Assembly: GCF_036321535.1 (NCBI RefSeq)
Contig: NC_087436.1
Span: 24,120,001-24,184,000 of the forward strand
Direction: 5' to 3'
Source: Camelus dromedarius
Taxonomy: Eukaryota
DNA length: 64,000 nucleotides
Under the pieces are notes generated by a model, which did not search any database, was not told the origin of the DNA, and saw only the letters and a list, made by a program, of their open reading frames with translations. The position numbers and the translations under genes were made by a program. This document shows positions 47,901-57,850 of the stretch, piece after piece; positions within the stretch are counted from its first letter, which is position 1, and each line of letters opens with the position of its first letter.

Positions 47901-50900
47901 ATTACACACCAAGAGGTGAGTGGGGTAGAAGTGGAAAATTGGCTTGATTGGTTAAAGGGCTTTGTTTCAAACACCCTTAATTTTCTCATTATTTCCTTTA
48001 TTTTAATATTCACTAGAAATATGGAGGGACAAAAAGCTAGGCTCTTTTGTAAATGCTTGGATATTGTGTTATAGCAGGGCCTCAGACTGCTGTAGCAAAA
48101 ACACCATAGAGTCAGTAGCTTATACACAACAAAATGTCTTCCTGTGGAATGATAAAGGGCAAAATGCTGTGAAATGATCAAGTCCCTGTACATTCAAAGC
48201 AGTCGCACAGGCTGTCAGTGCACTCAAACCAAGCTGTGGTCAGCCACACAGTGTCCCCTGTGACAGTCAGTCCCGAGAGTCCAAGACATTCAGCCTACGG
48301 AAGGTGGCTCAGGATACTGATATGTAATTTATGTATTCAAAGATTCCACAGCTAAGGAAACTGCAGCCCACAGAGGTTAAGCAATTTGCCCAAGGTTACC
48401 AGCAGAGTTCAGGCAGGGTTTCAAATAGCAGACCCTGGCTCTGTGCTGAAACTCACTATGTAAATCAATGAGGTGCCCTCCCTGCCCTCACAAAATTTAG
48501 ATTCTGCTGGGGAGATGAGAAAAATAACACAACTAGTGGCAACCTAAGGTAAATGGTACCAAGTGCCACATATCGTATCTCATGACAGTTCTGAAATATC
48601 AAGAGCCATGACAATTTTTTTCACTTTCATCACTGCTGTGTCTCCTGCACCTGGAACAGTGCCTGGCCTATGGTAGGCGTTCTGTCAATATCTGTTGATT
48701 GAATATCAGACACAAATAAAAGTAATGGTAGTTTAGAGCCGGGAGAGAGGCTATACCTCTGAGAGTCAACAGCTTTGAATGGAAGTGCAATCCTATTTAT
48801 TCCAAAAGGCTGTCATCCACAGATCCTGGGGCATGTTGGTCGGGAGTGGTTGGGGAAGGGAAGCAAAAGGCTGTCATCCACAGATCCTGGGGCATGTTGG
48901 TCGGGAGTGGTTGGGGAAGGGAAGCCTGTTGCTTGCACTGCAGATGGTGAGTCCTGTTGTGGATGAGAAAGGGCCCTGGTTGTCCGTGACTGTCTGCTGG
49001 TCACATTGACTGCCCACCTGCAACAAAGGTGTAGAAATTTCCTGAAATGCAGCTTTGCCTTCCTTCCGTTTCTGGTTCCATTTGATGTTCTTACTTTCAT
49101 GTTTCTTTTGCCTCATCTTTCTCACTGTAGGGGTTCAAGGGATTGGGGGGCTGATCTGAGAAAAGACCACAAGAGGCGACCACGCACAGCCAGCTTTGTA
49201 GATGCTGGGTGGTGACTGGACAGGTTGCAATGAGAGGGGACATCCTCCCAGCATGAGACCGTTCAGAGGCTTATCACCGTCCAGAGGAGTGAAGGGCAAG
49301 GGAACTTGTGGGAAAGAGAGGGATCAGAAAGGGGCGGACAGGTCTAGGTGATGTGTAGTGTGGGAGGAGTCTCTGGGCCAAAGAGCTCCCAAGGACAGCT
49401 ACATCTGGTGTCTTTATGGTCCTGGGTTTATCCATCTACTCCTAGCAGATGTGGTGAGGTTTCATGGGTTACGCAGCAGACTCGGAATGGCTAAAACTCT
49501 GCTCTATTTGGGCTATTTAAAAAACAGTGGGATGTGTAAAATTTTTTTATTTTTATAGTTCTTTTTAATTTTTTAATTATTATTATTTTATTAATGGTGG
49601 TACTAGGGATTGAACGCAGGACCTCCTGCATGCTAAGCACGTGCTCTACCACTGAGCTATACCCTCCCCATCTACAATTTTGAGTTTGGTGCGGGTGAGC
49701 TTTTGAGGTAACAGGTCTCAGCCCACAGTGAAGAGATAAACAACCCAGGGGCCAATACACAGAGGCCCTCTTTGACTCACTTATATAACACTCACCTGTT
49801 TTTAATTCAAGACATCTGGCTATATTTGTGTGTCTTTATAAGGGACTTTAAATCCTTTTTTTCATCTAAGATAAAGGAAAAATCAATAAAGAGTGTACCT
49901 GCCTGGTGCTGCCCACAACTGCCTCTTGCACCACTGGTGTTCAGTGTTTGCCCCCATCCAGGTGCCAGGGGTGCCTTAGGCTGTTTTCATGTATGTGGCA
50001 CTCAAATCATGAATTTTAAGGATAAATGAGTTAACATCTCCAGTGTCGTTTGAGCTCTTGGGAGGAAGGTCCTTTCTGTTTTTATTTTATTATTTTTAAA
50101 TTTTTATTATTATTTATTTTACGGGAGATACTGGAGATTGAACCCAGGACTTCATGCATGCTAAGCACGTGCTCTACCACCTGAGCTATATCCTCCCTGC
50201 CAACAAGATCCTTTCCAATGTTCGCTTTCTTGTTTTCTGCAGGTTGACAGCAGGGACTGGGCGCTCAACGGGAACACCCTCTCCCTCGATGAAGAGACGG
50301 TCATTGACGTGCCTGAGCCCTACAACCACGTATCCAAGTACCGTGCCTCCTTGGGACACAAGGCGAATCACTCCTTCACTCCAAACTGCATCTACGACCT
50401 GTGAGTACGACACCGGGCTGCCAGTGGCCGGGGCGGGTCTGTGCCATGGGGCCGCGGGAATGAGCAGGGCACCGAAAAGGTGTCATCCTGCCCCAGTGCA
50501 GACCGCTCCCTCAGAATATCTGAGCATCCTCTGCCCGGGGCCTCGTGCTTATGACTGGAAACTCAGAGTCTAAACAGCCCCACCCTTGGGCCTTGGCAGG
50601 CAGGCTAAGAAATGGAAACGTGGTAGAAATGTTATGGAAACACTAGATTTAATGATCACTGTTTTATTGTGGCTTTTTTGTTTTTCGGTTGTCTCATTCT
50701 GGAAATTTAAGGATCCTGTTATTTGAAGTCATGGTACAAATTGAAATTACTCTGCACAGTGGAAATTAGGGGATCCCTCTATGATATAAAAAGAAGGAAG
50801 ACAATAAAATCTCAAGCCTAGAGCATGAGGTCTTGGTGTTGGGGAAAAACTGTAAAATCAGAGTCCTTATCATCTGGCAATCAAGAGGAATGAAATAGTG

Positions 50901-53900
50901 ACACGCTACAGCATGGATGAGCCTTGAAAACGTGCTCAGTGCAAGAAGCCAGTCACAAGAGACCATGCAGTATATGATTCCATTGATATGAATGGTCCAC
51001 TCTAGCCATAGAGACAGAAGGCAGATCAGCAGTTGCCAGAGCTGAGGGTGGGATGGGGGGATGGAGGTTGATGGCTAATGAGTATGGAGGGTCCCATTAA
51101 GGGTGATAAAAGCTTCTAAAATTAGTGCTGATGGTTGCACAACTGAAAACCACTGAATCATACACTTGAAAAGAATGAATTTTATGAGATATGAATTATA
51201 TCTCCATAAAGCTGTTATTTTTAAAAAATCAAATAATTCAACCTCCCTTTTGGTTTGAGCCTCCCCTTCCAACTGCTCAGTGAGCCTCTTCTTGGAAACC
51301 TCCATGATGAGGGGCTTAGCGTTATGCACAAAGGCGGCTGGCTGTCTGAACAAACAGATATTATGGAATTAGCTGTTGGGCACTGATGATTATAAAGTTC
51401 TTTCTGTTGAGCCCAAATGGTTTTCCCTGTAACATCCAGCCTTTGGCCCTAATTATCTCCCTTTCTTTCTTGTGTACAGTGTCAGTCTGTCTTCTGCTTA
51501 GCAGCCCTACAAATATTTTGGTAGTTTTCACATGCCCCCTGAAGGCTCTCTTCCCAGTCAGGCGTCTCTGACTAGTCCTTAAAGGACACAGCTGGGATTC
51601 TCTGGAAGCTCATCGCTGCTGTCCTTAGCTCAGCCTGAGAATGCCAGTTCCTCCTGGGAGCCAGGCAGCCGTGTGCAGCCTTTTCTGCTCAGCTGTGGTT
51701 TGCATTCCAGCGTCCTCTAGCTTGTTAACATAAGCAGGATCAGATCATGTGCATTTAATCTGAAAATTGCCATGATTTGAATGTCCCTTCTTGTATCCCT
51801 GAGATGGCTTTAAAATTGCTCTGGCAGTGACTTGCTCTCCTTGGCAGCCACTAACAAGTACTGAAGCTACAACTTCTGTTTAAAGGGCGAGTAGAAATGG
51901 CAAAGGACATGTGTCATGTGAAATGAAACTGACACTGTTATTAACTCCAAGGCTTTCATGGCCAGCGTGAATTAGGCCAAATCATCGTTCCAGGCTGCAC
52001 ACAGCTTAACAACAACCCTTTAAAGCAGTGGTAACTAACGATAACAAATGCTACTTAGCTCCTTAAAACAAATGAGTCCTGTGATTTCATTGCAAGGACA
52101 TGATTTTTCTCATCAAAAAGAAGAGAGCACAGGAGACAAGAGAAGGAACCGTTTGTGCAAAGCCACGTCCCTGTTTCGAGTTTTTTTCCAAGCTTCATGT
52201 GAATGATTAGTTATCTCGGGTCATGGGGAGACTACCTGAAAAATAATCAGATCTAACTCATGGCATTCATTTGTTTCTAAAATCACCAGTATTGTTATGC
52301 ACACTTTAACATAAACAGAACAACACTTCTGGAAGCTGTTTTAACTGTAGTCTGGTACAACGTGCCAAGGGGACAGATAGACAGGATCTACTTTCCTTGT
52401 TGTAAATATAGGTAACTTATCAACAAGAGGCCGAACTACGTGGCCCAGAGGTTTGGTCTGAGGGCTAATCATGCGGCCAGTGTTTCTTGAGCACTTCCTC
52501 TGGGTGGGCGCTGTGCTCAAGGCTTCTGTGCATGATCTCATTCAATCCTCCCAGTAACTCCATGGGGCAACTAGTATTACTGCTGATCCCAGATTACCAA
52601 CAAGAAACGCAGGGCTCAGGGGGAGGGTATAGCTCGGTGGTTGAGTGTGTGCTTAGCATGCACAAGGTCCTGGGTTCAATCCCCAGTACCTCCATTAATA
52701 AAAAATTAATAAATAAATAAACCTAATTACCTCCCCCCCCAAAAAAAGGAAGAAAAACTTAGGGCTCTTGGTCAAAGTGGAGAAGCACTCTTAACTGTTG
52801 TGCCTTAGGGCTGCCTTGAAGAATCAACACCTGAGACTGAGTTCTTTCTTTTCAGTCTGTCCATTTTCTACTGCCTGAAAAGAAGGATAATGAGCAAGAA
52901 AATGACCAGAGAACAATACTTCTTAGGCTTCTCATGGGATTTTTTCAGTGAGTCAGAAGGTTAACTAGAATTCCCATTTCAAGGGTATTATTTGTTCATT
53001 TGAAGTGTAGTTTGCTTACAGTGTTGTGTTAGTTTCAGGTATACAGCAAAGTGATTCATTTCTATATATTCATATATACACATGTGTATTCTTTTTCATA
53101 TGCTTTTCCATTATAGGCTTTTACAAGATATTGAACATAGTTCCCTGTGCTATACAACAGGACCTTGTTTATTTTATATATGGTAGTGTGTTATCTGTTA
53201 ATCTCAAACTCCTAATTTATCCCTCCCCCGACCTTTCCCCTTTGGTAACCATAAATGTTTTCTATGTCTGTGAATCTGTTTCTGTTTTGTAAATAAGTTC
53301 ATGTGTAATTTTTTTAAGATTCCACATATAAGTGATATATGATTATTTGTCTTTCTCTGATTTACTTCACTTAGTATGATACTCTCTAGGTCCACCCATG
53401 TTTCTGCAAATGACATTATTTTATTCTTTTTTATGGCTGAGTAGTACTCCACTGTGTGGAGTATTATTTTTTAACAAAATATTTAATATAGAGACAGGGA
53501 GTTGTGATTTTCATAAGGAATTCCCACATCCCTGGCTCAGTGATGTCCTCGGTGATGGAGCAGGTCTGAGAGCTGTGCGTGGCTGAGTTCTCCCCAACTC
53601 CCGTGCGTGCTGACCCACATGGAAACTGATGCAAGTTGCCTCCTCGATTTGTGCCAGGCACTGTGTGAGGTGTTTTATTTATGTGACCCTATTTTGTCAC
53701 CACAAAGACTCTTGGAGGCTAAGGATCACTGGTGTTATCATGATTTTGCAGATGAGGAAAGTGAAATTCAGAGACACAGAGGTGAGCTTTCCAGAAGGAG
53801 GCAGTAATAATGGATAGAACCAGGACTCACACCAGAGTCTTCGGACCCAAATCAAATGTGCTTTGGACACAGAGGCTCCCTCGGAGTGAGGGTGAGATTG

Positions 53901-55616
53901 TCCCCACACCGCAGACATACTCCTCTCCCACCCAGTGCGTGCCATCCAAAGCAGCACCTGGAACCTTCTCCTTTGGTGTCTCAGTGCCCTTTGTTCAAAA
54001 TGGAACTGTAAATGAGAGAGACTGATTTGACCAGATGCATACAGAAGTAAGGTTAGTATTCTTCTGGTCGTGCCTTCCATGTGTCCGTTTTGGGTTTCGG
54101 CAGCTGCTAGCAGAGACCAGTCTATTAATACTTCCTTGGCTCCTGTTCTTCAGCAGGGAGCTGTGCAGGTGAGCCAGGCCGGGAGCCTCCGGCAGAGGAA
54201 CAGAATCACAGCGTTAGCCTGGCTTCTGAGAGGTTCTGAGAGGTTCTGAGAGGCCTCGTTATGGGATGAGATGCCGCTCCTTTTACAGGATGCTTCACAG
54301 GAAATAGGAAAGCAGCGGGATGGCAGAGCAGTCTCCGCTCTCCTCTGGGAAAGACATCGTCATCTACTTTTATGCTAGAAAATAACTTTCTCTCTAGTAC
54401 AGAACGGAATACAGAGTCTTTTGCTTTTGAAAAGGGCTCTTTCTTACAACTCCAGGAGTGCCCTGGTAAAGCCTTGCCCCGAGGCACAGCCAGGTAGTCT
54501 GATGCCACAGGCCAGACGAGCTGAGGTGCTGACAGTCTGCACTGTCATTAAAGACACACTTTCAAGACATGGAAGCAACTTAAATGTCCATCGACAGATG
54601 ACTGCTTAAAGAAGATGTGGCATCTATGTATACACAATGGAACACTACTCAGCCATAAAAAGAGTGAAATAATGCCATTTGCAGCAACATGAATGGACCT
54701 AGCGATTGTTATACTAAGTGACGTAAGTCAGACAAAGACAAATACCATACGATATCACTTATATGTGGAATCTAAAAAATGATACAAATGAACTTATTTA
54801 CAAAACAGAAACAGACTCACAGACATAGAAAACAAAATTACAGTTACCAAAAGGGAAAGTGAGGGGCAGATAAATTAGAAGTCTGAGATTAGCAGATACA
54901 AACTACTATATACAGAATCAATAAACAACAAGGTCCTCCTGTATAGCACAGGGAACTATATTCAATAGCTTATAATAATCTATAATGAAAAAGAATGTGA
55001 AAAATAATATATGTGTATAAAAATCACTGTGCTGTACACCAGAAACTAACACCACATTGTAAATCAACTATATTTCAATTTTAAAAAAATGAATTTTTGT
55101 TCTGGATCCTGATTGTTAGTTTAGAAATAGAGTGCCAAATATGCTCAAAAAGGAAGATAGAGCCATGCTTTTTAAACTTTTGTGTACATAGGAATCACCT
55201 AGAGATGCTGTTAAAATGCAGGTTCTGATTCAGCAGGTCAGGGTGGAGGAGCCGAGCGTGTCCAAGCTGGGAGTGTCCAGCCACACTGATGCTGGCTCCT
55301 CTGTGGCCCACATGCTGAGGTCCTACCAGTGGTGTCCAGGGCAGAGCACGTGGGTGAGTCCTGCACCCGCCCTCTGGTGCTGCATCGCACCTCCTAGCCT
55401 GGCCCGGGAATGACCATGTGCATCTTGATGTCTAGGTTTGTCCACCCCCGCTTCGGGCCCATCAAATGCATCCGCACCCTGCGAGCTGTGGAGGCCGACG
55501 AGGAACTCACCGTTGCCTACGGCTACGACCACAGCCCCCCGGGAAAGAGTGGGCCTGAGGCCCCCGAGTGGTACCAGGTGGAGCTGAAGGCCTTCCAGGC
55601 CACCCAGCAGAAGTGA
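17036..55616 (+). CDS. SETD7: SETD7 (SET7/9) histone-lysine N-methyltransferase, join(17036..17075,24815..24944,36280..36481,40062..40251,45384..45465,47798..47915,50243..50400,55436..55616), 366 aa
   Basis: Exon lengths 40+130+202+190+82+118+158+181=1101 nt with consistent phases and GT-AG introns. Translation [24 protein letters not shown]...[11 protein letters not shown] matches SETD7: N-terminal MORN-like repeats, SET domain with Y245, HKANHS (293-298), Y305 and AYGY motif. Confidence 0.98.
19370..19575 (-). mobile_element. MIR fragment
   Basis: ttttatggaggaggcaactgaggcttagagaagttaag core. Confidence 0.65.
24815..24944 (+). CDS. SETD7: SETD7 coding exon 2 ([10 protein letters not shown]...FFFFDG-S)
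   Basis: Acceptor cccctttctccag|, donor CAG|gtaccc; 130 nt. Confidence 0.97.
24958..26090 (-). pseudogene. FTH1: Processed ferritin heavy chain (FTH1) pseudogene, 5'-truncated, interrupted by a solo LTR
   Basis: Minus strand translates [38 protein letters not shown]...[22 protein letters not shown]...APESG with a stop and frameshifts and no introns. FTH1-like 3' UTR (ccttttctctaagttgtactaaaacatccactt...tttggtacc) at 24993-25125, A-rich tail at 24958-24978, TSD ctcacag at 24951 and 26092. Confidence 0.93.
25126..25598 (-). mobile_element. ERV1-type solo LTR nested in the FTH1 retrocopy 3' UTR
   Basis: Minus strand starts tggaaccgagcaggaccc; AATAAA (plus tttatt 25211) near its 3' end; FTH1 UTR sequence resumes on both sides; approximate 4-bp TSD tccc/cccc. 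Confidence 0.8.
26855..27016 (-). mobile_element. tRNA-derived SINE (vic-1-like)
   Basis: ggggattaaacccagggtctcgtgcatgctgagc...gagctataccctccc; TSD aaactgtaca. Confidence 0.88.
28330..28483 (-). mobile_element. tRNA-derived SINE (vic-1-like)
   Basis: T-rich tail then ggggattgaacccagcaccttgtgcatgctaagc...gagctataccctcc. Confidence 0.88.
30350..30545 (-). mobile_element. MIR fragment
   Basis: ttttactaatgaagaaactaaggcacaaggagattaaataacttgccc core. Confidence 0.65.
30945..31365 (-). mobile_element. Old L1 3' UTR fragment
   Basis: cttataactggaagtttgtacc...ccctggcaaccaccactcta...tttagattccacatgtaagtg. Confidence 0.82.
33790..33995. mobile_element. MER58A-like hAT DNA transposon (MITE)
   Basis: caggagtcagcaaactttctg...aaatattttaggcttt...gtttgccaacc with inverted termini. 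Confidence 0.75.
34543..34733. mobile_element. MER53-like palindromic DNA transposon
   Basis: aggtcgccaggtttagcaactaaaaat...tattttatttggcgatccc, internally inverted. Confidence 0.65.
36280..36481 (+). CDS. SETD7: SETD7 coding exon 3 (TLEGYYVDD...CWIYYP)
   Basis: Acceptor ctctcacag|, donor CCA|gtaagc; 202 nt. Confidence 0.97.
40062..40251 (+). CDS. SETD7: SETD7 coding exon 4 ([10 protein letters not shown]...FELMPG)
   Basis: Acceptor tctcccatcag|, donor GAA|gtaagt; 190 nt. Confidence 0.97.
42368..42913 (+). mobile_element. 5'-truncated L1 inserted into a MER5-like element
   Basis: [26 protein letters not shown] (ORF2 C-terminus) plus 3' UTR; TSD aagaatctgcaacttagt (42350) / aagaatctacaatttagt (42914). 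Confidence 0.92.
45384..45465 (+). CDS. SETD7: SETD7 coding exon 5 ([27 protein letters not shown])
   Basis: Acceptor tttgctttccag|, donor GAG|gtaatt; 82 nt; read directly from sequence, not in the ORF track. Confidence 0.96.
47020..47212. mobile_element. MER58A-like DNA transposon
   Basis: cagtggttggcaaacttgttctgtaaagggc...ttaggctttt...; similar to the 33790 copy. Confidence 0.7.
47230..47313 (+). mobile_element. Very short L1 3'-terminal insertion
   Basis: gaatttgacacaacactgtaaaatgactataacccaatttaaaaaa flanked by a perfect 16-bp TSD ataaattcctttgctg (47214, 47314). Confidence 0.85.
47798..47915 (+). CDS. SETD7: SETD7 coding exon 6 ([16 protein letters not shown]...ITHQE)
   Basis: Acceptor ttttctatttag|, donor GAG|gtgagt; 118 nt. 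Confidence 0.97.
48803..48924. repeat. Perfect tandem duplication, 2 x 61 bp
   Basis: caaaaggctgtcatccacagatcctggggcatgttggtcgggagtggttggggaagggaag repeated exactly. Confidence 0.97.
49542..49669 (-). mobile_element. tRNA-derived SINE (vic-1-like)
   Basis: agggattgaacgcaggacctcctgcatgctaagcacgtgctctaccactgagctataccctcccc. Confidence 0.9.
50077..50198 (-). mobile_element. tRNA-derived SINE (vic-1-like) just upstream of exon 7
   Basis: gattgaacccaggacttcatgcatgctaagcacgtgctctaccac; TSD aaggtcctttc/aagatcctttc. Confidence 0.9.
50243..50400 (+). CDS. SETD7: SETD7 coding exon 7 ([10 protein letters not shown]...[16 protein letters not shown])
   Basis: Acceptor tgttttctgcag|, donor CCT|gtgagt; 158 nt; contains the NHS SAM-binding motif. 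Confidence 0.97.
50880..51230 (+). mobile_element. Old L1 (L1MB-like) 3' UTR
   Basis: catggatgagccttgaaaacgtgctcagtgcaagaagccagtcacaa...gaattatatctccataaagctgtt. Confidence 0.8.
52619..52750 (+). mobile_element. tRNA-derived SINE (vic-1-like)
   Basis: ggggagggtatagctcggtggttgagtgtgtgcttagcatgcacaaggtcctgggttcaatccccagtacc plus A-rich tail. Confidence 0.92.
52993..53458 (-). mobile_element. L1 3' fragment
   Basis: Minus strand [32 protein letters not shown] plus 3' UTR. Confidence 0.92.
54560..55090 (+). mobile_element. L1 3' fragment
   Basis: caagacatggaagcaacttaaatgtccatcgacagatga...tgtaaatcaactatatttcaattttaaaaaaa. Confidence 0.92.
55436..55616 (+). CDS. SETD7: SETD7 coding part of exon 8 ([10 protein letters not shown]...QATQQK*)
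   Basis: Acceptor gatgtctag|; TGA at 55614-55616. Confidence 0.97.
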
Positions 55617-57796
55617 AAGGCCTGGCACTGGGCTTCAGAGACCTGGAATGGAAACTTGGATCTATGCACTACGTTCATCCGACAACGGGACAACCAGGGA
55701 CTGCTCATGCTGTGACATCACATCCTCTCACTCTGCGTTCGCAACGACTTTCTCGAATACTAACTAGGTTTGACTGTATTACTCATACCAGATTTAAAAT
55801 TAGCTAGCCTCGCAACGACGCCCTACTGAGAGGTATTGCCGAGCGCTTGACATCAGACAGCGTGATGTTCTTGGGTGGTTCAAGTCTAAATCTGTACCAC
55901 GTTCAGAGATGCCAAATGATTAGACTGAAAAAGGGAAAAGGGGGTTTTTCAGTCATTTTTAGTCAGTGGTTTTTCCATGAGGTTTATTTCTATGGCCAAT
56001 GCAAACCGTGTTATCACGCTTGCATACGCGCCATCTGGAGGAGAGAGAATTACTACATTTTTATTCTCTAAATGTAGTATAATTTGCCTTTTAACCTTTG
56101 ATCTGTATCTTGCAATAGAATGGCTTTGTTTTTTCCCTAGCAAACAGAACCCCACTTTTTTGAGTCACTTCACCCCTTAGTCCTCTATCTTAGATATCTT
56201 TCACAAGAGAAAGCTTCCAAACAGACCTCGTGTCAGTGCCAGTGTGTAGGTCTCTCTGGCTCTCTCTATATCACTGTTTCATTATTATGTCCTGATATAA
56301 AGGCCTGGCTCATAGGGCCGGGCTATTATTATAGAATTATTATTCTCGCATGTAAACAAAGATATCTTTGCTTTAAGATGTGAGAAGAAATGAATTTACT
56401 TTGTTTGCATTAAGTTATGGAAGAGTTGTAATATATACTTTAAGAAAGAAGAGAGGGAAATTAGTATTTCTAAGCAGTAACTGTGGCAATTTTGCAATAT
56501 CTTTAATAGTGCTAGTTTTTTTTTCTCCTTGAGTACACATTAAATGTACATAACCTAGAGCAGTCTGGCTGGTAGCACAGTGAATTGAATTCAAAAGTCA
56601 AATAGCGAACTTGAATTCTCAAACAGAATTCAAATGTTCGTTGTTTTTTATTTTAATCGCTACTGTTAAGAGAGACATACTGATCACTAGGTACAAAGCA
56701 AACCTTAACGCTAAAACTCTTCATCATTGTAATTTCAAAGCACCTCCCTGCTTCAAAGCCTCGTGAATTAAAAATAACACCTGTATAGTTTAAAAGCAGC
56801 GGTATCAATAGCATTTCAGCCATTTTGCTAGCCATGTGTAATCACAACCGCAGAAATAAGGAGAAAATCCCTGTTTTTTAGTTTAGCTAACTAGGTATGT
56901 AACATGACTGGGATTGCTCTGAATGAATTCTGAGAATTTGGGGGTTTTGTCAGCGCCCTCACCACAAGCCATAGCTGTGTCTTCTTGAGATGCCTCTCGG
57001 AGGAGCGGGGGGCTCTGAAAAGCAGCACTTACTCTGACCTGCAGCTGTCCGCAGGGGCATCTGTCACCAAGTCAGTTTGGTCTTGAAAGCTGAAGCCTTC
57101 CACACTGTGGTGATAATGGCTGAGTAGGGAAGGCCTGCTGGGAGCAGGAGAGAAAAGAAAAGGGCAAGAGGAAGTTTGCATTTCATGTCAGTTACACGTC
57201 ACTCTGAGGAAGAACTTAACAAAAGTACTTGACCCGGGGCTGCTCACAACTTTCAGTTCTGACAGCTTCCAGGCACAGGATTCAGCCCTCAAGACAGTGA
57301 CAGAAGTGGCCCTTTCCCTCTGTGAGCTCCCCAGTCCCCAGCAGTGCAGGCAGCTAGGGGGCAATGATTTCAGGGAGATGAGAAGTTACGAGGGCTGCCT
57401 GAAAGATCTTCCATGAAGAGAACTGATCAGAGCTTGCAGATGAAAGGGCACCAGGATAGGATGGCTTCTATTCTGTAGGAAGAGACCGTTACAGAAACTG
57501 TGACAGACGGGCAGAGTCTTGGGACTTGTGTTCTGATAGGTGCTTTACTTCAAACAAGTCCCACAGTGAGTGACCGTCTTTGGGATGGAACGATGGCTTT
57601 GATTCACCCCAGTCAGTTGGGTCATGGAGCCAGGTCAGGGAGTCGGGGGTCGGGGGGCGCAGGTCACACCTCAGATGCAGCTAAACTCCCAAGGATTTTC
57701 TGCCTGAGGCGATACTGTGCCGTGGAGGCTGAGGCTGCCATGGGGTGTAATATCTATCCCAAGGGGCTACTCACTCACCCCATTCAAGTGGAATTC

Positions 57797-57850
57797 TTCC
57801 TTCCTTCCTTCCTCCCTTCCTTCCTCCCTTCCTCTTTCTTTTCTTTCTTT
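57797..57850. repeat. (CCTT)n/(CTTT)n simple repeat in the 3' UTR
   Basis: ttccttccttccttcctcccttccttcctcccttcctctttctt. Confidence 0.85.

Noticed and set aside
52619..52692. tRNA-like sequences with A and B boxes (also at 62067 and the minus-strand copies)
   Set aside because: They have A-rich tails and TSDs and are mutually divergent, so they are SINEs rather than tRNA genes.
55391..55435. Alternative exon 8 acceptor cctcctag at 55397
   Set aside because: Would add 38 nt and frameshift the C-terminus; no supporting evidence.
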